Virus record (IMG/VR): IMGVR_UViG_3300031414_000001
Location: 96,001 to 160,000 of that record
Length of the DNA stretch: 64,000 nucleotides
Source of the DNA: a virus
Taxonomy: Duplodnaviria > Heunggongvirae > Uroviricota > Caudoviricetes
Direction: 5' to 3' (one strand)
In this document: in pieces, positions 1 through 9,976 of the stretch
How the letters are laid out: every line of letters starts with the position of its first letter
How positions within the stretch are numbered: position 1 is the first letter of the stretch
Translations under genes and position numbers: made by a program
The notes under the pieces: generated by a model
What the model saw: only the letters and a program-made list of their open reading frames with translations
Told to the model about the DNA's origin: nothing
Databases searched by the model: none

Positions 1-1071
1 GAAGCTAGTTACTAGCTCACCAGTGTTAGGGTCCATTACAGTACCAGAAGCCATCAATGGGATGTATGGGCAGTAGAATGCACCAGCATCAGTTTCTTGA
101 GAACCTTTATAACCGATTAGTACATCAGTACTGTCATCAGCATAGGTATCAACATAAACACGCATTGTGGAGTTTAGTACACCAACGAATTTCACGTTAG
201 TTGGAGCTTCGAATACACCTTCAGTAGTACGAGCAAAACTAGAAGTAGTTGCTGACTGTAGAATGGTTAGAGCAGTTGGAGAAACAACGGCCCAGTTCGC
301 AGCACCACGTTTGGTACGACGAGCAACTTCGTTTGCTTGACGGTTGATTAGAGTAGCTAGAGCAGCGTGTTCATCACCAACGAAGGTAGCAACACCAGTT
401 ACTTTAGATTGGTCATAAACAACAGCAGCAGCACCTGGTAGAGCACGTAGACGAGCTAGTAGTTCTTGGTCGATCTCAGTAGTGATTTCTTGTGCGATAG
501 CAGCCATTAGTTCAGCTTCAACGTCAATACCGTGTTGTGCTTGTGCATCTTGAGCAGATTCAACAGTCCAACGAGCAGATAGACGACGAGATTGAGCTTC
601 TACGGTTTCACGTAGAATACGGATGTTCACACGACGACCCATAACACCTTCTAGTTGAGAAGTAGGAGCAGCACGTGGTGCAGTGTTATCGGAGTTGATT
701 TCACCAGTATAAGATTTTGCAATCTTGTATGGAGAAAGTGCTTCTTCACCAGCAACAACACCTGGTGCGTTGTCAGCGTATTGAACACGTAGAGTGTGAA
801 TTTGACCAACTGGACCAGTCATAGGTTGAACACCGATGATTTCGTTAGCAATAACGGTTGGCATTACACGACGGATAATTGGTAGAATTACTTTGTTTAG
901 TGTAGCAATGTTACCAGCAGAAGTTGCACCAGCGGTAGCACTTTCACGTAGCATTACTTTACGTTGGTTATCTAGAACTGCTTCCATGACAGTTTTGCGA
1001 TTACCATTTAGACCTTCAACAAGCTTATCTTTTACAGCAGCCCATTTAGATTCAGTTAATAGTTGTGACAT
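1..1071 (-). CDS. gp23: Major capsid protein, T4 gp23-like (3' end runs off the window)
   Basis: Not in ORF track. Manual translation from ATG at 1071: MSQLLTESKWAAVKDKLVEGL...ILPIIRRVMPTVIANEIIGVQPMTGPVGQIHTLR, the gp23 signature. AGGAG SD upstream; follows scaffold and protease genes. Confidence 0.95.
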   Translation of the reverse strand, partial: MSQLLTESKWAAVKDKLVEGLNGNRKTVMEAVLDNQRKVMLRESATAGATSAGNIATLNKVILPIIRRVMPTVIANEIIGVQPMTGPVGQIHTLRVQYADNAPGVVAGEEALSPYKIAKSYTGEINSDNTAPRAAPTSQLEGVMGRRVNIRILRETVEAQSRRLSARWTVESAQDAQAQHGIDVEAELMAAIAQEITTEIDQELLARLRALPGAAAVVYDQSKVTGVATFVGDEHAALATLINRQANEVARRTKRGAANWAVVSPTALTILQSATTSSFARTTEGVFEAPTNVKFVGVLNSTMRVYVDTYADDSTDVLIGYKGSQETDAGAFYCPYIPLMASGTVMDPNTGELVTSF

Positions 1072-1115
1072 TATAATCTCCTTAAAAGATATTTTTTTGC
1101 TTTTCTGTATGCTTT

Positions 1116-1122
1116 TATTTAT
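1116..1122 (-). promoter_or_regulatory. Late promoter (ATAAATA, T4 gp55-type) for gp23
   Basis: ATAAATA on - strand ~45 nt upstream of the gp23 start; the same motif precedes most structural genes. Confidence 0.7.
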
Positions 1123-1148
1123 CACTCAGAAAAATTAGCATTTAATAA

Positions 1149-2273
1149 TTAACGTTTTTTATCCATTCCTGACAATTTAGTGATTTCATTTAGGAAATCT
1201 AAATCGTCTGAATCGAGTTCAGCGTTTTTAATGAAATTACTTTCACGGTTTCCGGTAACAACTTTACCTTCCGTTAAAGCATTTTTAGCCTTTGTATTAA
1301 CTGCTGGACGGCTAGGATTAGCAGCAGATTCATTTACAGTACCCTTCAGTACAGACTTGTGGTACTTGCTGAAATCATCTTTTAGCTTCTCGGTAGGAGT
1401 AGCAGCTAGTAGAGATTCCATAATTTGTTTTTGTTGATTAGTAAGAGGCTTAGTTAGTTCAGAGATGATAGCAGAGCGAGCCTGCGTATCTTCCATTACA
1501 CGAACTTTACGTTTAGCAGCTAAAGCTTCATCTCTTGCTTCTTTTAGAGCAAGTTTAGCAGCGATTGCTTCTTCTTCAGCTTCTTTAACTGACTCATTCA
1601 ACTCACGCAAAATAGAACTTTCGTTATATTGTTTTGAGTAGAACTCATTAGCAAATGCTTCAAAGATCTTACGACCAAACATGTTTTGTTTAGCTTCAAC
1701 TAGTTCACCTTTAAGAGCTTGTAGGTTCTTAGCGGTAGTTTCGGTAATATAGGATGCAGCGGATTCCGCAGTACGCTTAATGAAGTTCTCACGAGCTTCA
1801 GCGATTTGCTTAGAACCTTCAGCAATTAGTTTTACACGAGATTCGACTAATTGACGTTTTTCATCATGGAAGTCTTTAAGTTCTTCAGCCATAATATGGT
1901 TACTGAATTGCATGAACTTGCCAAGGCTTTCATTGATGTGTTTGCGTTCTTTACGCATTGATTTAACTTCTTCAGCTAGTACTGTGTTAGCGAAATCTGA
2001 GAAATTACCTAGTGTTTTACGTAGCTTAACACGGTCTTCAACTAGCTTACGCTTTTCAGCATAAACATCTGCCATTTGTTCGCTGATTACTTCAGCCATC
2101 ATTTGGTCTAGACCTTCAGTTAGTTTTGCTAAGTCTTCTTGGTAACGTTCTTTCATTTCTTCACGCATTTCAGCAGCTACATTAGCTTTTTCTTCATTCC
2201 ATGCTTCCTGAATTAGCTTTTTAGCTTCGTCAGAAAGAGATGATTCGTTTAGAAACTTATCCAATTTTGACAT
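1149..2273 (-). CDS. gp22: Prohead core scaffold protein, gp22-like
   Basis: Coiled-coil E/K/A-rich 374 aa between protease and MCP; L/V-x-E processing motifs (FLNES, TVNES, LTEG). Confidence 0.8.
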   Translation of the reverse strand: MSKLDKFLNESSLSDEAKKLIQEAWNEEKANVAAEMREEMKERYQEDLAKLTEGLDQMMAEVISEQMADVYAEKRKLVEDRVKLRKTLGNFSDFANTVLAEEVKSMRKERKHINESLGKFMQFSNHIMAEELKDFHDEKRQLVESRVKLIAEGSKQIAEARENFIKRTAESAASYITETTAKNLQALKGELVEAKQNMFGRKIFEAFANEFYSKQYNESSILRELNESVKEAEEEAIAAKLALKEARDEALAAKRKVRVMEDTQARSAIISELTKPLTNQQKQIMESLLAATPTEKLKDDFSKYHKSVLKGTVNESAANPSRPAVNTKAKNALTEGKVVTGNRESNFIKNAELDSDDLDFLNEITKLSGMDKKR

Positions 2274-2326
2274 TCGTTTTCTCCTTTAAAGTACTGAGAT
2301 AATATCTTGTACTCTTGATGTACAGA

Positions 2327-2334
2327 TATTTATA
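2327..2334 (-). promoter_or_regulatory. Late promoter TATAAATA
   Basis: Exact T4 late consensus upstream of the scaffold gene. Confidence 0.7.
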
Positions 2335-2345
2335 AATTTATTTTA

Positions 2346-2978
2346 TTAAGCTTTTAAATTCTTAAAAAATTGATGAATTTCATCATCAATCGAGTTATTA
2401 CGACCTTTTTGTGACTCAAATACACGATTTGTGCCAGCTACAGGTGCTCCGTACTTACTATTCAGAGATTCGAATACCGCTTTTGGATACGCATCTGGAG
2501 CACTTGGTTGTGCTACAATATCAATAGTTACGATTTCGAAATCAGATACAATACCGTTATGGTCAACGTTACCTGAACCACGAGAACTTACACCAAGCTT
2601 TACACCACTTTCAATCATAGTACGAATATCCTTACCATGAGTAGTATCAAGCAACATAATGGTAGCCATACCATTTGGGCCTTCCATCCAAACCTGAGTA
2701 ATCATTCCAACTACACGGTCTAAATTTACAGTTAAAGTTTCAGGGTGGTCACATTCACAAAGAATGCTTTCACCACGTGCGATACGTTCTGCCATATTCT
2801 TAACAGCATTCGCAATTTCAGCGAATGGATATACACGTTCATTTAAGTTACGTTGATCTGCTTGAATTGCTATCCCTTTAAGATAGCAATTCTTACGACC
2901 AGTCATCTGATCTTCTTTGTACTCTAAAACTATTTTAGAATCATTGAATGAAGACCATTCACGAATCATATTACTCAT
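2346..2978 (-). CDS. gp21: Prohead maturation protease, gp21-like
   Basis: Motifs LKGIAIQADQRNLNERVYP, ECDHP, LGVSSRGSG and DIVAQPSAPDAY. Confidence 0.93.
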   Translation of the reverse strand: MSNMIREWSSFNDSKIVLEYKEDQMTGRKNCYLKGIAIQADQRNLNERVYPFAEIANAVKNMAERIARGESILCECDHPETLTVNLDRVVGMITQVWMEGPNGMATIMLLDTTHGKDIRTMIESGVKLGVSSRGSGNVDHNGIVSDFEIVTIDIVAQPSAPDAYPKAVFESLNSKYGAPVAGTNRVFESQKGRNNSIDDEIHQFFKNLKA

Positions 2979-2998
2979 TTATGATCTTCCTTCTCTAA

Positions 2999-3844
2999 TT
3001 ATTTTTGTTTTGGTAGTACTGATTTAGATTTTTCAGCAGTGTTGGTTGGAGTTTTAGCAGGTTTCATAACGTGTTTACCGTTATCCATCACGTTGTTATT
3101 ATCTTCAACTTTAACGCTCATAGCATCTGAGTTTTCGAATTTGTCATCAGTCGCATCTACAGTACCATCTTTGATAGTAACTGGTTTAACGCCGTCTACT
3201 GGAGACTTAGCATTTTTAGCAACTACAGACTTCTTGTTAACGCCAGCTTTTTCTGATTTCTCAGGAGCAGCAACAGATTTCATCTGGAAAGATTCACCCA
3301 TTTTTTCGTCACCGAAATCAACGTCACCAAATTCGCCTTCGTCGCCTTCACCTTCATCGGAGAACTCGTCGTCACCAAAATCAGCATCGCCACCTTCGAT
3401 TTCATCGAACATACGTTCTAGAGCATCGAAAGCATCTTTGATTTCTTCCCATTGGTCAGCATCAGGTGCAGCACCGCCAGCAGCAGGTTCATCATCACCA
3501 CCGAAGTCGTCACCAGCAGGTTCTTCGTCTTCTTCAGCTAGACCAGAAGCAGAACCGCCACCAATGTTTACTGCGTTTCCGCTAACATCAGCACCGAACA
3601 TACCTTCTTCAAGGTCTTCTTCTTCATTTAGTTTATAACCAACGTCTTCTTCCATGTCGTCTGCTTCACCAGTGTCAACATCTTCACACATTTCTTCTTC
3701 TTCAGAATCCATTTCTTCAGAAAGTTTTTTATTAATTTCTTGTGCGGTTTCAACAAAGTACTTACGCATCTTACGGTCAGCTACTTCACTGTCGCCATTC
3801 GCAAAAGCTTGGATAGCTTCTTGCAATAGTTTAATATTTGCCAT
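2999..3844 (-). CDS. Acidic prohead core protein
   Basis: Very D/E-rich, between portal and protease, many L-x-E motifs; start moved to ATG 3844 after GGAGG. Confidence 0.6.
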   Translation of the reverse strand: MANIKLLQEAIQAFANGDSEVADRKMRKYFVETAQEINKKLSEEMDSEEEEMCEDVDTGEADDMEEDVGYKLNEEEDLEEGMFGADVSGNAVNIGGGSASGLAEEDEEPAGDDFGGDDEPAAGGAAPDADQWEEIKDAFDALERMFDEIEGGDADFGDDEFSDEGEGDEGEFGDVDFGDEKMGESFQMKSVAAPEKSEKAGVNKKSVVAKNAKSPVDGVKPVTIKDGTVDATDDKFENSDAMSVKVEDNNNVMDNGKHVMKPAKTPTNTAEKSKSVLPKQK

Positions 3845-3888
3845 TATATCCTCCAAAAGATATACAAAAATTTATTTTGGTATGTCCT

Positions 3889-3896
3889 TATTTATA
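3889..3896 (-). promoter_or_regulatory. Late promoter TATAAATA
   Basis: Exact consensus upstream of the core protein gene. Confidence 0.7.
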
Positions 3897-3951
3897 GCCT
3901 TAAAAAATACCATTTTCAAAAAAGCTTAAAAACGGTACTTTTTGCCATAAA

Positions 3952-4185
3952 TTACATCATCCCACCACCAGATTGATCATCAGAAGGTGCAGCGGCATAA
4001 ACCACTGCTACCACTGCGTCACGTTTAGCAGCTTCGTTCTTTTTAAATTCCCTGTACTTTCTCAAGTTGTTGAGAATTTGTAATGTCAATTTAGGTTTAC
4101 GAGTATCGGTAATTTTATATACGGTCTGATCATCTTCAGGGTCGTACATAGAATCATCTTTAGCTTCAAAAATTTCGTCCAACAT
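3952..4185 (-). CDS. Small prohead core protein (gp67/gp68 position)
   Basis: 77 aa downstream of portal; MLDEIFEA begins with a processing-like motif; own ATAAATA at 4234-4240. Confidence 0.5.
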   Translation of the reverse strand: MLDEIFEAKDDSMYDPEDDQTVYKITDTRKPKLTLQILNNLRKYREFKKNEAAKRDAVVAVVYAAAPSDDQSGGGMM

Positions 4186-4245
4186 AACCTATATCCTTAA
4201 TTATTTTAATCGTTCATATGAACGAATCATAACTATTTATTACTG

Positions 4246-5982
4246 TTAAAATGAATTGCCTAAACTATTTGGGTCAAATCCACCATCTGCTTGAGAATCT
4301 TGATATTCAGAATCAGCACTATCTAAGTTACCTTCATCATCAATACCTAAATCTTGTTCAGGATCATTTGGTGATTCAATACCAACTGATTGTAATCCTG
4401 CCGAAGCACCAGGAGCATCTGGACCACCAGAAGCAGCAGCTTCAGGGTTTTCTTGTAGCCATAGTTTTTCATTCTCAACAATATCATCTTGCTCAAAGCC
4501 CATTTTCTTCATAATGAACTGTTTAGAGAAGTACTTGAGATCATTCAAAGGCATATATGTTTGAATCAATTTAGCATCCATTTCTGCTTTACGGTTCGCC
4601 GCAAAGTTCATTGGTGGGTTAAATGTAACTTCAAAGGAAGATGCACTGATGTTATATCCATTTTTTAGCATATAACGTTTGAATTCGTCATCGAAAATTC
4701 TAGAAATAATACGTTGATAACGCATACATTCGTTATTAAAACGCAATTCACTAGCCATCGCTTGAGTAGCACCATCACCGAACAAAGCAACACCACCATC
4801 ATCTGGACCCATAGGTAGATATGACGCTGGAATCTGTAGACCACGAATCAATTTGTTATTGAAGTAACGTAAGTCATCAATTTGTCCTAGATTATCACCA
4901 CCAGGTAAAGTTTCTACTGAAGAACCACGCCCTTCCGCTGTTTGAGGGAAGAAATAGTCTTCAAGAATACTTAGTGGATTATATGCTGCATCCATTAATG
5001 AAGTACTACCACCTTTATTGGATGGAATACGTCTTTGGTGAATGTCATTCTTAACTCTTTCAACAAATGCCATTGCCTGATGCGGTTGCATATCACCAAC
5101 GTCTATTTTAAAGACGCGACGTTCAGGAGCACGTTGAACACGATATATAATAATACTATCTTCTAGAAGTTCTTTTTGTTTGTATACTTTGAAAATGTTT
5201 TCAAGAATACTAGTACCGAAAGGCCAGAAAGGATCTTGTCCGGTATTTAGTGATAAGTGAATTACGTGTTCTGCCGCAACTGGAAGAACATCTAACTGTC
5301 CACCAGTACCGAATTGTCCTGAACTATCAGAACCAGACCCGCCAGCACTACCAATTGAACCATATTGGTTTCCAGAACTCGCTAAAGAGTTCGGTAAGGT
5401 TCCTGGATACGCTTGTTTATCAAAGCCTATTTGTAAATTACTCATTACTTTGTCGTGTAAGTTCAAATGAACATCACGCATAAAGTAAACGATTGGTGTT
5501 TTACCAGTTGCATTGTTTACCAGTACTTTATCAACGTTCATTGGGTTTACCCAATACCAAACGAAGGTTTCTGGATCACGAATGAAGAACTGATCACCGT
5601 ATTTTAGAATTCCACGAATAATATCGTAGATTCTCATTTTGAATTCGTTTAAATCCGACCAAGATTCAAGGCGATCTTCTAAAGTAGTAACTTCAGTGTC
5701 GCCCATTGTGTCTTTATACTGAATTTGGAATGGTAGACCGAAATCTTTAGTACTTTGAGTACAGAAATCCGCAATAATGTTTAAAGCGGTTCGAATTTCA
5801 GGGTCTTGATCCATTTGATCGTATTGACGATAACGGTCAACACGGTTTGATAGGCCAGTATATACAGCAGGTAGGTAAGAAGAAAAATTCGTCTTAGACC
5901 CACCTGGCTGAGTCATAGCATTTTGTTGTGGAACGGTCGATAATTTAGATCGTCCAAGTGTCATATGTCGTTGCCAACTCAT
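4246..5982 (-). CDS. gp20: Portal vertex protein, gp20-like
   Basis: YRQYDQMDQDPEI, LLEDSIIIYRVQRAPERRVFKIDVGDM, EDYFFP...GRGSSVETLPGGDNLGQIDDLRYF. Confidence 0.95.
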   Translation of the reverse strand: MSWQRHMTLGRSKLSTVPQQNAMTQPGGSKTNFSSYLPAVYTGLSNRVDRYRQYDQMDQDPEIRTALNIIADFCTQSTKDFGLPFQIQYKDTMGDTEVTTLEDRLESWSDLNEFKMRIYDIIRGILKYGDQFFIRDPETFVWYWVNPMNVDKVLVNNATGKTPIVYFMRDVHLNLHDKVMSNLQIGFDKQAYPGTLPNSLASSGNQYGSIGSAGGSGSDSSGQFGTGGQLDVLPVAAEHVIHLSLNTGQDPFWPFGTSILENIFKVYKQKELLEDSIIIYRVQRAPERRVFKIDVGDMQPHQAMAFVERVKNDIHQRRIPSNKGGSTSLMDAAYNPLSILEDYFFPQTAEGRGSSVETLPGGDNLGQIDDLRYFNNKLIRGLQIPASYLPMGPDDGGVALFGDGATQAMASELRFNNECMRYQRIISRIFDDEFKRYMLKNGYNISASSFEVTFNPPMNFAANRKAEMDAKLIQTYMPLNDLKYFSKQFIMKKMGFEQDDIVENEKLWLQENPEAAASGGPDAPGASAGLQSVGIESPNDPEQDLGIDDEGNLDSADSEYQDSQADGGFDPNSLGNSF

Positions 5983-5999
5983 ATTTTATATAACTCCAT

Positions 6000-8165
6000 T
6001 TATACATTTCGCGGTGGTTCAGTATTTTCAGCAATCTGACGCAAAATAAGAGCAGTTTGACTAGCATTCGAATTTTGTGATTGTATACTATTTAGTATCT
6101 CATTTAATACCTTATTCATGTCTTCTTGACCGTTCGAAGCAGTTTGTTGCTCGGTAATTGGTGAAGATTGGTCAGCTTGTTCTACCTTGACAGGTTTAGT
6201 TATTTCAGTTTTTGCTGTTACAGTCTGATTTCCTACGTTTGTTGGTTGTGATGCTGTTGGGGGTGCTGCTGGTGAAGGTTTTGGTGGTTCAGTTTTGGTT
6301 TCTTCTGGTTCTTCAGAATTATTCCACCATCCCTTTACTCTATCCCACATACTAGACAACTTACTTTTTAATGAATTGAAAGCATCTAAGAATTTAGTTT
6401 TCACATCATCCAAATTAATACTCAGATTTCCTATATTAGTGAACACACCAACAACATCAGAGAAAATTTTCTTGATTGAACCCATAAGTTCTTTGCCTGC
6501 TTGGTCAATTTCACCTTCTGAACCAGTAAACATTTCCCAAATCAGTTTACCAATGCGAATTGGTATCTGAACTAAGTCTCCACCCAAATTTGTGAAAGCA
6601 TCAGATACACCTTGCCACGAATCACCAAATATCATTCCCATTAATTTACCAGGTAATGATGCTAACATTCCAAATGGACCGATTAAACCTGAATTAAATT
6701 TTGAAAAAGCATCAGATGTTAATTTAGACATGAAATCCCAAGCATCAGTACTGTTATCTGCCAAATCAGTTAGGTATTTTGCTGCATCTTCAGCAGTTTT
6801 AGCATAAAACATGTTGAATGGTTCTGTAAATGTCTTACCAATCCAGTTATTGAATCGCTGAGTCATATTTTCGAACAATGGTGTTGGGTTATTTTTTGGA
6901 TCATTAAGTAATTGGTCTTGAGTTTTCAATTGTTTCAAGAATGCTTCAGCAGCGGAATTTTTTAGTAGTCTCTGATTACCAATTTCAGAGTCCAACATTC
7001 CTTTATGTTCTTCAATCCATTGATGTAGACGTTGCTTAGCTTCTCTACTATCAGTGATTCCAGCAGCTTGTAATGCTTCTACTTGTTGAGCATATAATTG
7101 TGTGAAGTTGTTATTGAATTCTTCAGGTAATGCCCCTTCAAACATCTTACTTGCCATAATTTTTTGAAGTGCTTCACCAGATTTACCCATACTAGCGTAA
7201 ACAGAGTTGAATGTTTTGTTTACTTGAGCAGCTTTATCATCACTAAAACCAAAACGGTTCTTCAATGCTTGTTCAGTTACTTCCGAATCTACAGTTTCAG
7301 ACATTCCATCAAAAGTTTTCAATAGGTCGTCAACACTCTTACCTACAGATTTACTTAGATAAGTCATTTGACCAACGAACTTTTCAGTACTTTGAGCCTC
7401 AGACATACTACGTAAACCTTGCTCACCAGCATACATCTTTTCAAATTTATAGTTCTTCGCAGTAATATCAGCTAATTGCTGTTGTGATACACCATAAAGA
7501 CCCATTTTGTCTTGAGCAAGTTGAACACTATTTAGTAATTTACCAAAGTGTTCTACACCATCACCGTATTGACCTTCCATCGCAGCCAATTCTTGGCTGT
7601 TACGTTTAATAGCACCGCTAAATTCATTAATACTTAAGAATGCTCCAGCAGCCCCTTTACGTACAGTCAACATACCATCAGATAATGTAAGACCAGCAGA
7701 GTTTAATTCATTATACATGTTTAATTGTTCGTTCATGTATTCATAAACTTGTCCAGCAACCTGTACTACTTGTAAGAAAGCAGTTGCTGCCATTCCAATT
7801 GGACCTGGAAGTTTACCTAATGAGTTTTGAAGTACTCTTGCTCCAGCAGTGAATGAACCTACTGTATTTTGAATAGATCCACTGTTTCCCAACATGGTTC
7901 TACCAATGTTTTGTGCCTCGCCGAATAAATCTTTAAACGCATTTTTCCATGCACCACCTGATCCACCTGAACCGCCTCCACCACCAGGGCCACCGCCGTT
8001 TCCAGAATCATTGTTACCACCAGAACCACCTGAACCAGAACCTTTATTTGTGTTCTTCTTAATATCAAGTAGTACTGTACGCATCGCACTTAAATTATCA
8101 TTCATAGCTACGCTTTGATCCAACAATTGCTGTTGGATATAGTCGTTGTTGCCAATGCCCGCCAT
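6000..8165 (-). CDS. Probable tail tape measure protein (gp29-like)
   Basis: 721 aa, helical A/G/Q-rich with periodic F/W residues; divergent from gp26/gp51-like genes. Positional and compositional inference. Confidence 0.55.
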   Translation of the reverse strand: MAGIGNNDYIQQQLLDQSVAMNDNLSAMRTVLLDIKKNTNKGSGSGGSGGNNDSGNGGGPGGGGGSGGSGGAWKNAFKDLFGEAQNIGRTMLGNSGSIQNTVGSFTAGARVLQNSLGKLPGPIGMAATAFLQVVQVAGQVYEYMNEQLNMYNELNSAGLTLSDGMLTVRKGAAGAFLSINEFSGAIKRNSQELAAMEGQYGDGVEHFGKLLNSVQLAQDKMGLYGVSQQQLADITAKNYKFEKMYAGEQGLRSMSEAQSTEKFVGQMTYLSKSVGKSVDDLLKTFDGMSETVDSEVTEQALKNRFGFSDDKAAQVNKTFNSVYASMGKSGEALQKIMASKMFEGALPEEFNNNFTQLYAQQVEALQAAGITDSREAKQRLHQWIEEHKGMLDSEIGNQRLLKNSAAEAFLKQLKTQDQLLNDPKNNPTPLFENMTQRFNNWIGKTFTEPFNMFYAKTAEDAAKYLTDLADNSTDAWDFMSKLTSDAFSKFNSGLIGPFGMLASLPGKLMGMIFGDSWQGVSDAFTNLGGDLVQIPIRIGKLIWEMFTGSEGEIDQAGKELMGSIKKIFSDVVGVFTNIGNLSINLDDVKTKFLDAFNSLKSKLSSMWDRVKGWWNNSEEPEETKTEPPKPSPAAPPTASQPTNVGNQTVTAKTEITKPVKVEQADQSSPITEQQTASNGQEDMNKVLNEILNSIQSQNSNASQTALILRQIAENTEPPRNV

Positions 8166-8176
8166 GTGATTTTCCT

Positions 8177-8217
8177 TATAAATATTGTATACAAATTCAT
8201 GTATAGTCGTATTTATT
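8177..8217. promoter_or_regulatory. Face-to-face late promoter pair
   Basis: TATAAATA on + at 8177-8184 and AATAAATA on - at 8210-8217. Confidence 0.6.
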
Positions 8218-8228
8218 ATGGAGTCAAT

Positions 8229-9083
8229 ATGAATAAGATGAACCCTTTATCCAAGTACACTAAAGTAGAAGTACTTTACACTAAACTTGTGAGTAATAAT
8301 GTTATTCCTTACCCATCTGGTGTTTTGAATAACGAAACTGTTGAATGCGGTATTTGTGCTCGTTCAGCACGTGATGAACTAATGTTCAACAATCCAGACG
8401 CATTGATTAATGGTGAAGCAGTTGCTAGTGTTATTGAAAACTGTGTTCCTAATATCGCTGATGCTCGTAAACTTTTTGTACCAGATGTAGAATTGCTACT
8501 TATTGGTATTAAAATCGCAACAAAAGAAACTTCATATAATATTGAAGTAGAATGTCCGAACTGTAATCATCATGGTGCGTTTGAACGTAACCTAGAAGCA
8601 CTACTAGCAAGTGCTGAATTACTAGAAGAACAACCTGAACTGCTACTTGAAGAAGTTGGTGGTTTACTATTGAAATTTAAGCCTCATACTTGGGCTGAAC
8701 ATTCTGATTTTAGTCAGAAGATGTTTATTGAACAAAAGAAAGCTCGTTCATTGGAACAAGTTGATTTGAGTGATGAAGAAAAGATGAAGCACTTCAGTGC
8801 TATTTTTGAAGTTATGACTCAATTGAGTTTTGATATGACAGTCGCTAATATCGACTATATTGAAACCGCTGATGGGGATAAAGTAAATGACCGTGCGTTT
8901 ATCGCAGAATGGTTAGGGCAACAGCCAGCATTTATTCTTCGTCAAATTCGTGACAAAGCTGATTTTATTAACAATACTGGTGTTAGTCATGAAATGGAAG
9001 TTGGATGTTCTGAATGTGGCCATGAATGGACACTAGAGAATCTACAATTTGATCCTAGCAGTTTTTTCGTACAAGGCTTCTAA
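8229..9083 (+). CDS. Baseplate hub/tail assembly chaperone, gp26-like
   Basis: ARDELMFNNPDALINGEAV..VIENCVP, DVELLLIGIKIAT, two CxxC pairs (CPNC, CSEC); start at ATG 8229 after GGAG. Confidence 0.7.
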   Translation: MNKMNPLSKYTKVEVLYTKLVSNNVIPYPSGVLNNETVECGICARSARDELMFNNPDALINGEAVASVIENCVPNIADARKLFVPDVELLLIGIKIATKETSYNIEVECPNCNHHGAFERNLEALLASAELLEEQPELLLEEVGGLLLKFKPHTWAEHSDFSQKMFIEQKKARSLEQVDLSDEEKMKHFSAIFEVMTQLSFDMTVANIDYIETADGDKVNDRAFIAEWLGQQPAFILRQIRDKADFINNTGVSHEMEVGCSECGHEWTLENLQFDPSSFFVQGF

Positions 9084-9280
9084 TGGCTGATGCTCAAGAG
9101 ACAATGCAAGAAATAGCTGACCTTCGTTTGAACTGTGAAGAAATTAAGAATGGGTTAATGGAGGTGTCTGTGTACATATCCAATACTAGCTATGAAATGC
9201 TCTTGAATATGCCTGTAACAGATCGTGACCTGATGGTGAAGCAATATAATAAAAAGGTCAAAAAAGAAAACAAACAATAA
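9083..9280 (+). CDS. gp51-like hub assembly protein; possibly also the -1 frameshift extension of the upstream ORF
   Basis: SYEMLLNMPVTDRDLMVK resembles gp51/tail-chaperone C-terminal motif; TAATG overlap with upstream ORF. Confidence 0.55.
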   Translation: MADAQETMQEIADLRLNCEEIKNGLMEVSVYISNTSYEMLLNMPVTDRDLMVKQYNKKVKKENKQ

Positions 9281-9312
9281 AAAATTAACCAGCCTTAGTG
9301 CTGGTTTTTTTT
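9281..9312. terminator. Intrinsic terminator, probably bidirectional
   Basis: AACCAGC-cttagt-GCTGGTT followed by a T-run on +, A-run upstream. Confidence 0.75.
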
Positions 9313-9970
9313 GTGTCTGAATTTTCTGTACTGTTTGAGATTTGCCATACTTCGTATGTCAAAGAATTTTCGTTGTTCTGTACTTGCTTCGCTGCGTACA
9401 GAACAACTCAATTCAGTTCTATTTGATACGTTTAACACGATTTATACTGACGAGATTTGGGGAGTTTATCATCCCCCGCAAGGGGAATGATGTAAAAAAA
9501 GTACTAATTAAAGTACTCAATTCTGACGATGATAGTCGTCGTTTAATTGTATCGTAAATTTCTATTTTTCAATAGAACGTAAGCGGGTTGATCTGTTTCT
9601 CACTATTACGGTCATATTCAACGGTCGAGGGCTTACCTCACTCAGTACTAAGTCTATACAATCAAACTCAGCACCTATTCTTCTGGAATTTTAGACGGAT
9701 CAATATTGTATAAAATATGACCGCAAAATTCTTCTTCAGAAAAATTCCCTTAGCTATTTGGTAGGGGCGATTCCTATATATCTATCGAGGAAGTTCTATC
9801 AGCTTAGTGAACTTCTTTATAGTGCCGTATTGCCGTGGGTGGTACAAACTATGCCATCTCCTAACGGGTTTCTTCTGCACTGCGAACTGCTTGAACTTCT
9901 CATTGTGCCAATTACTTTTCATCGGCGACTGTTTATTTGTCTACGCTCACGCATAGTCAAGCAGGGTTGT
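9313..9970 (-). ncRNA. Candidate large structured ncRNA or transcription-primed origin
   Basis: No credible ORF; many hairpins and long-range helices; flanked by a promoter at 9977-10005 (-) and a terminator at 9281-9312. Strand taken from the promoter only. Confidence 0.45.
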
Positions 9971-9976
9971 CCTATC

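Noticed and set aside
9313-9970. tRNA cluster, CRISPR array or group I intron in the large gap
   Set aside because: No cloverleaf with T-loop and CCA, no regularly spaced direct repeats, and no interrupted host gene or recognisable intron core by eye. An Infernal search is still advisable.
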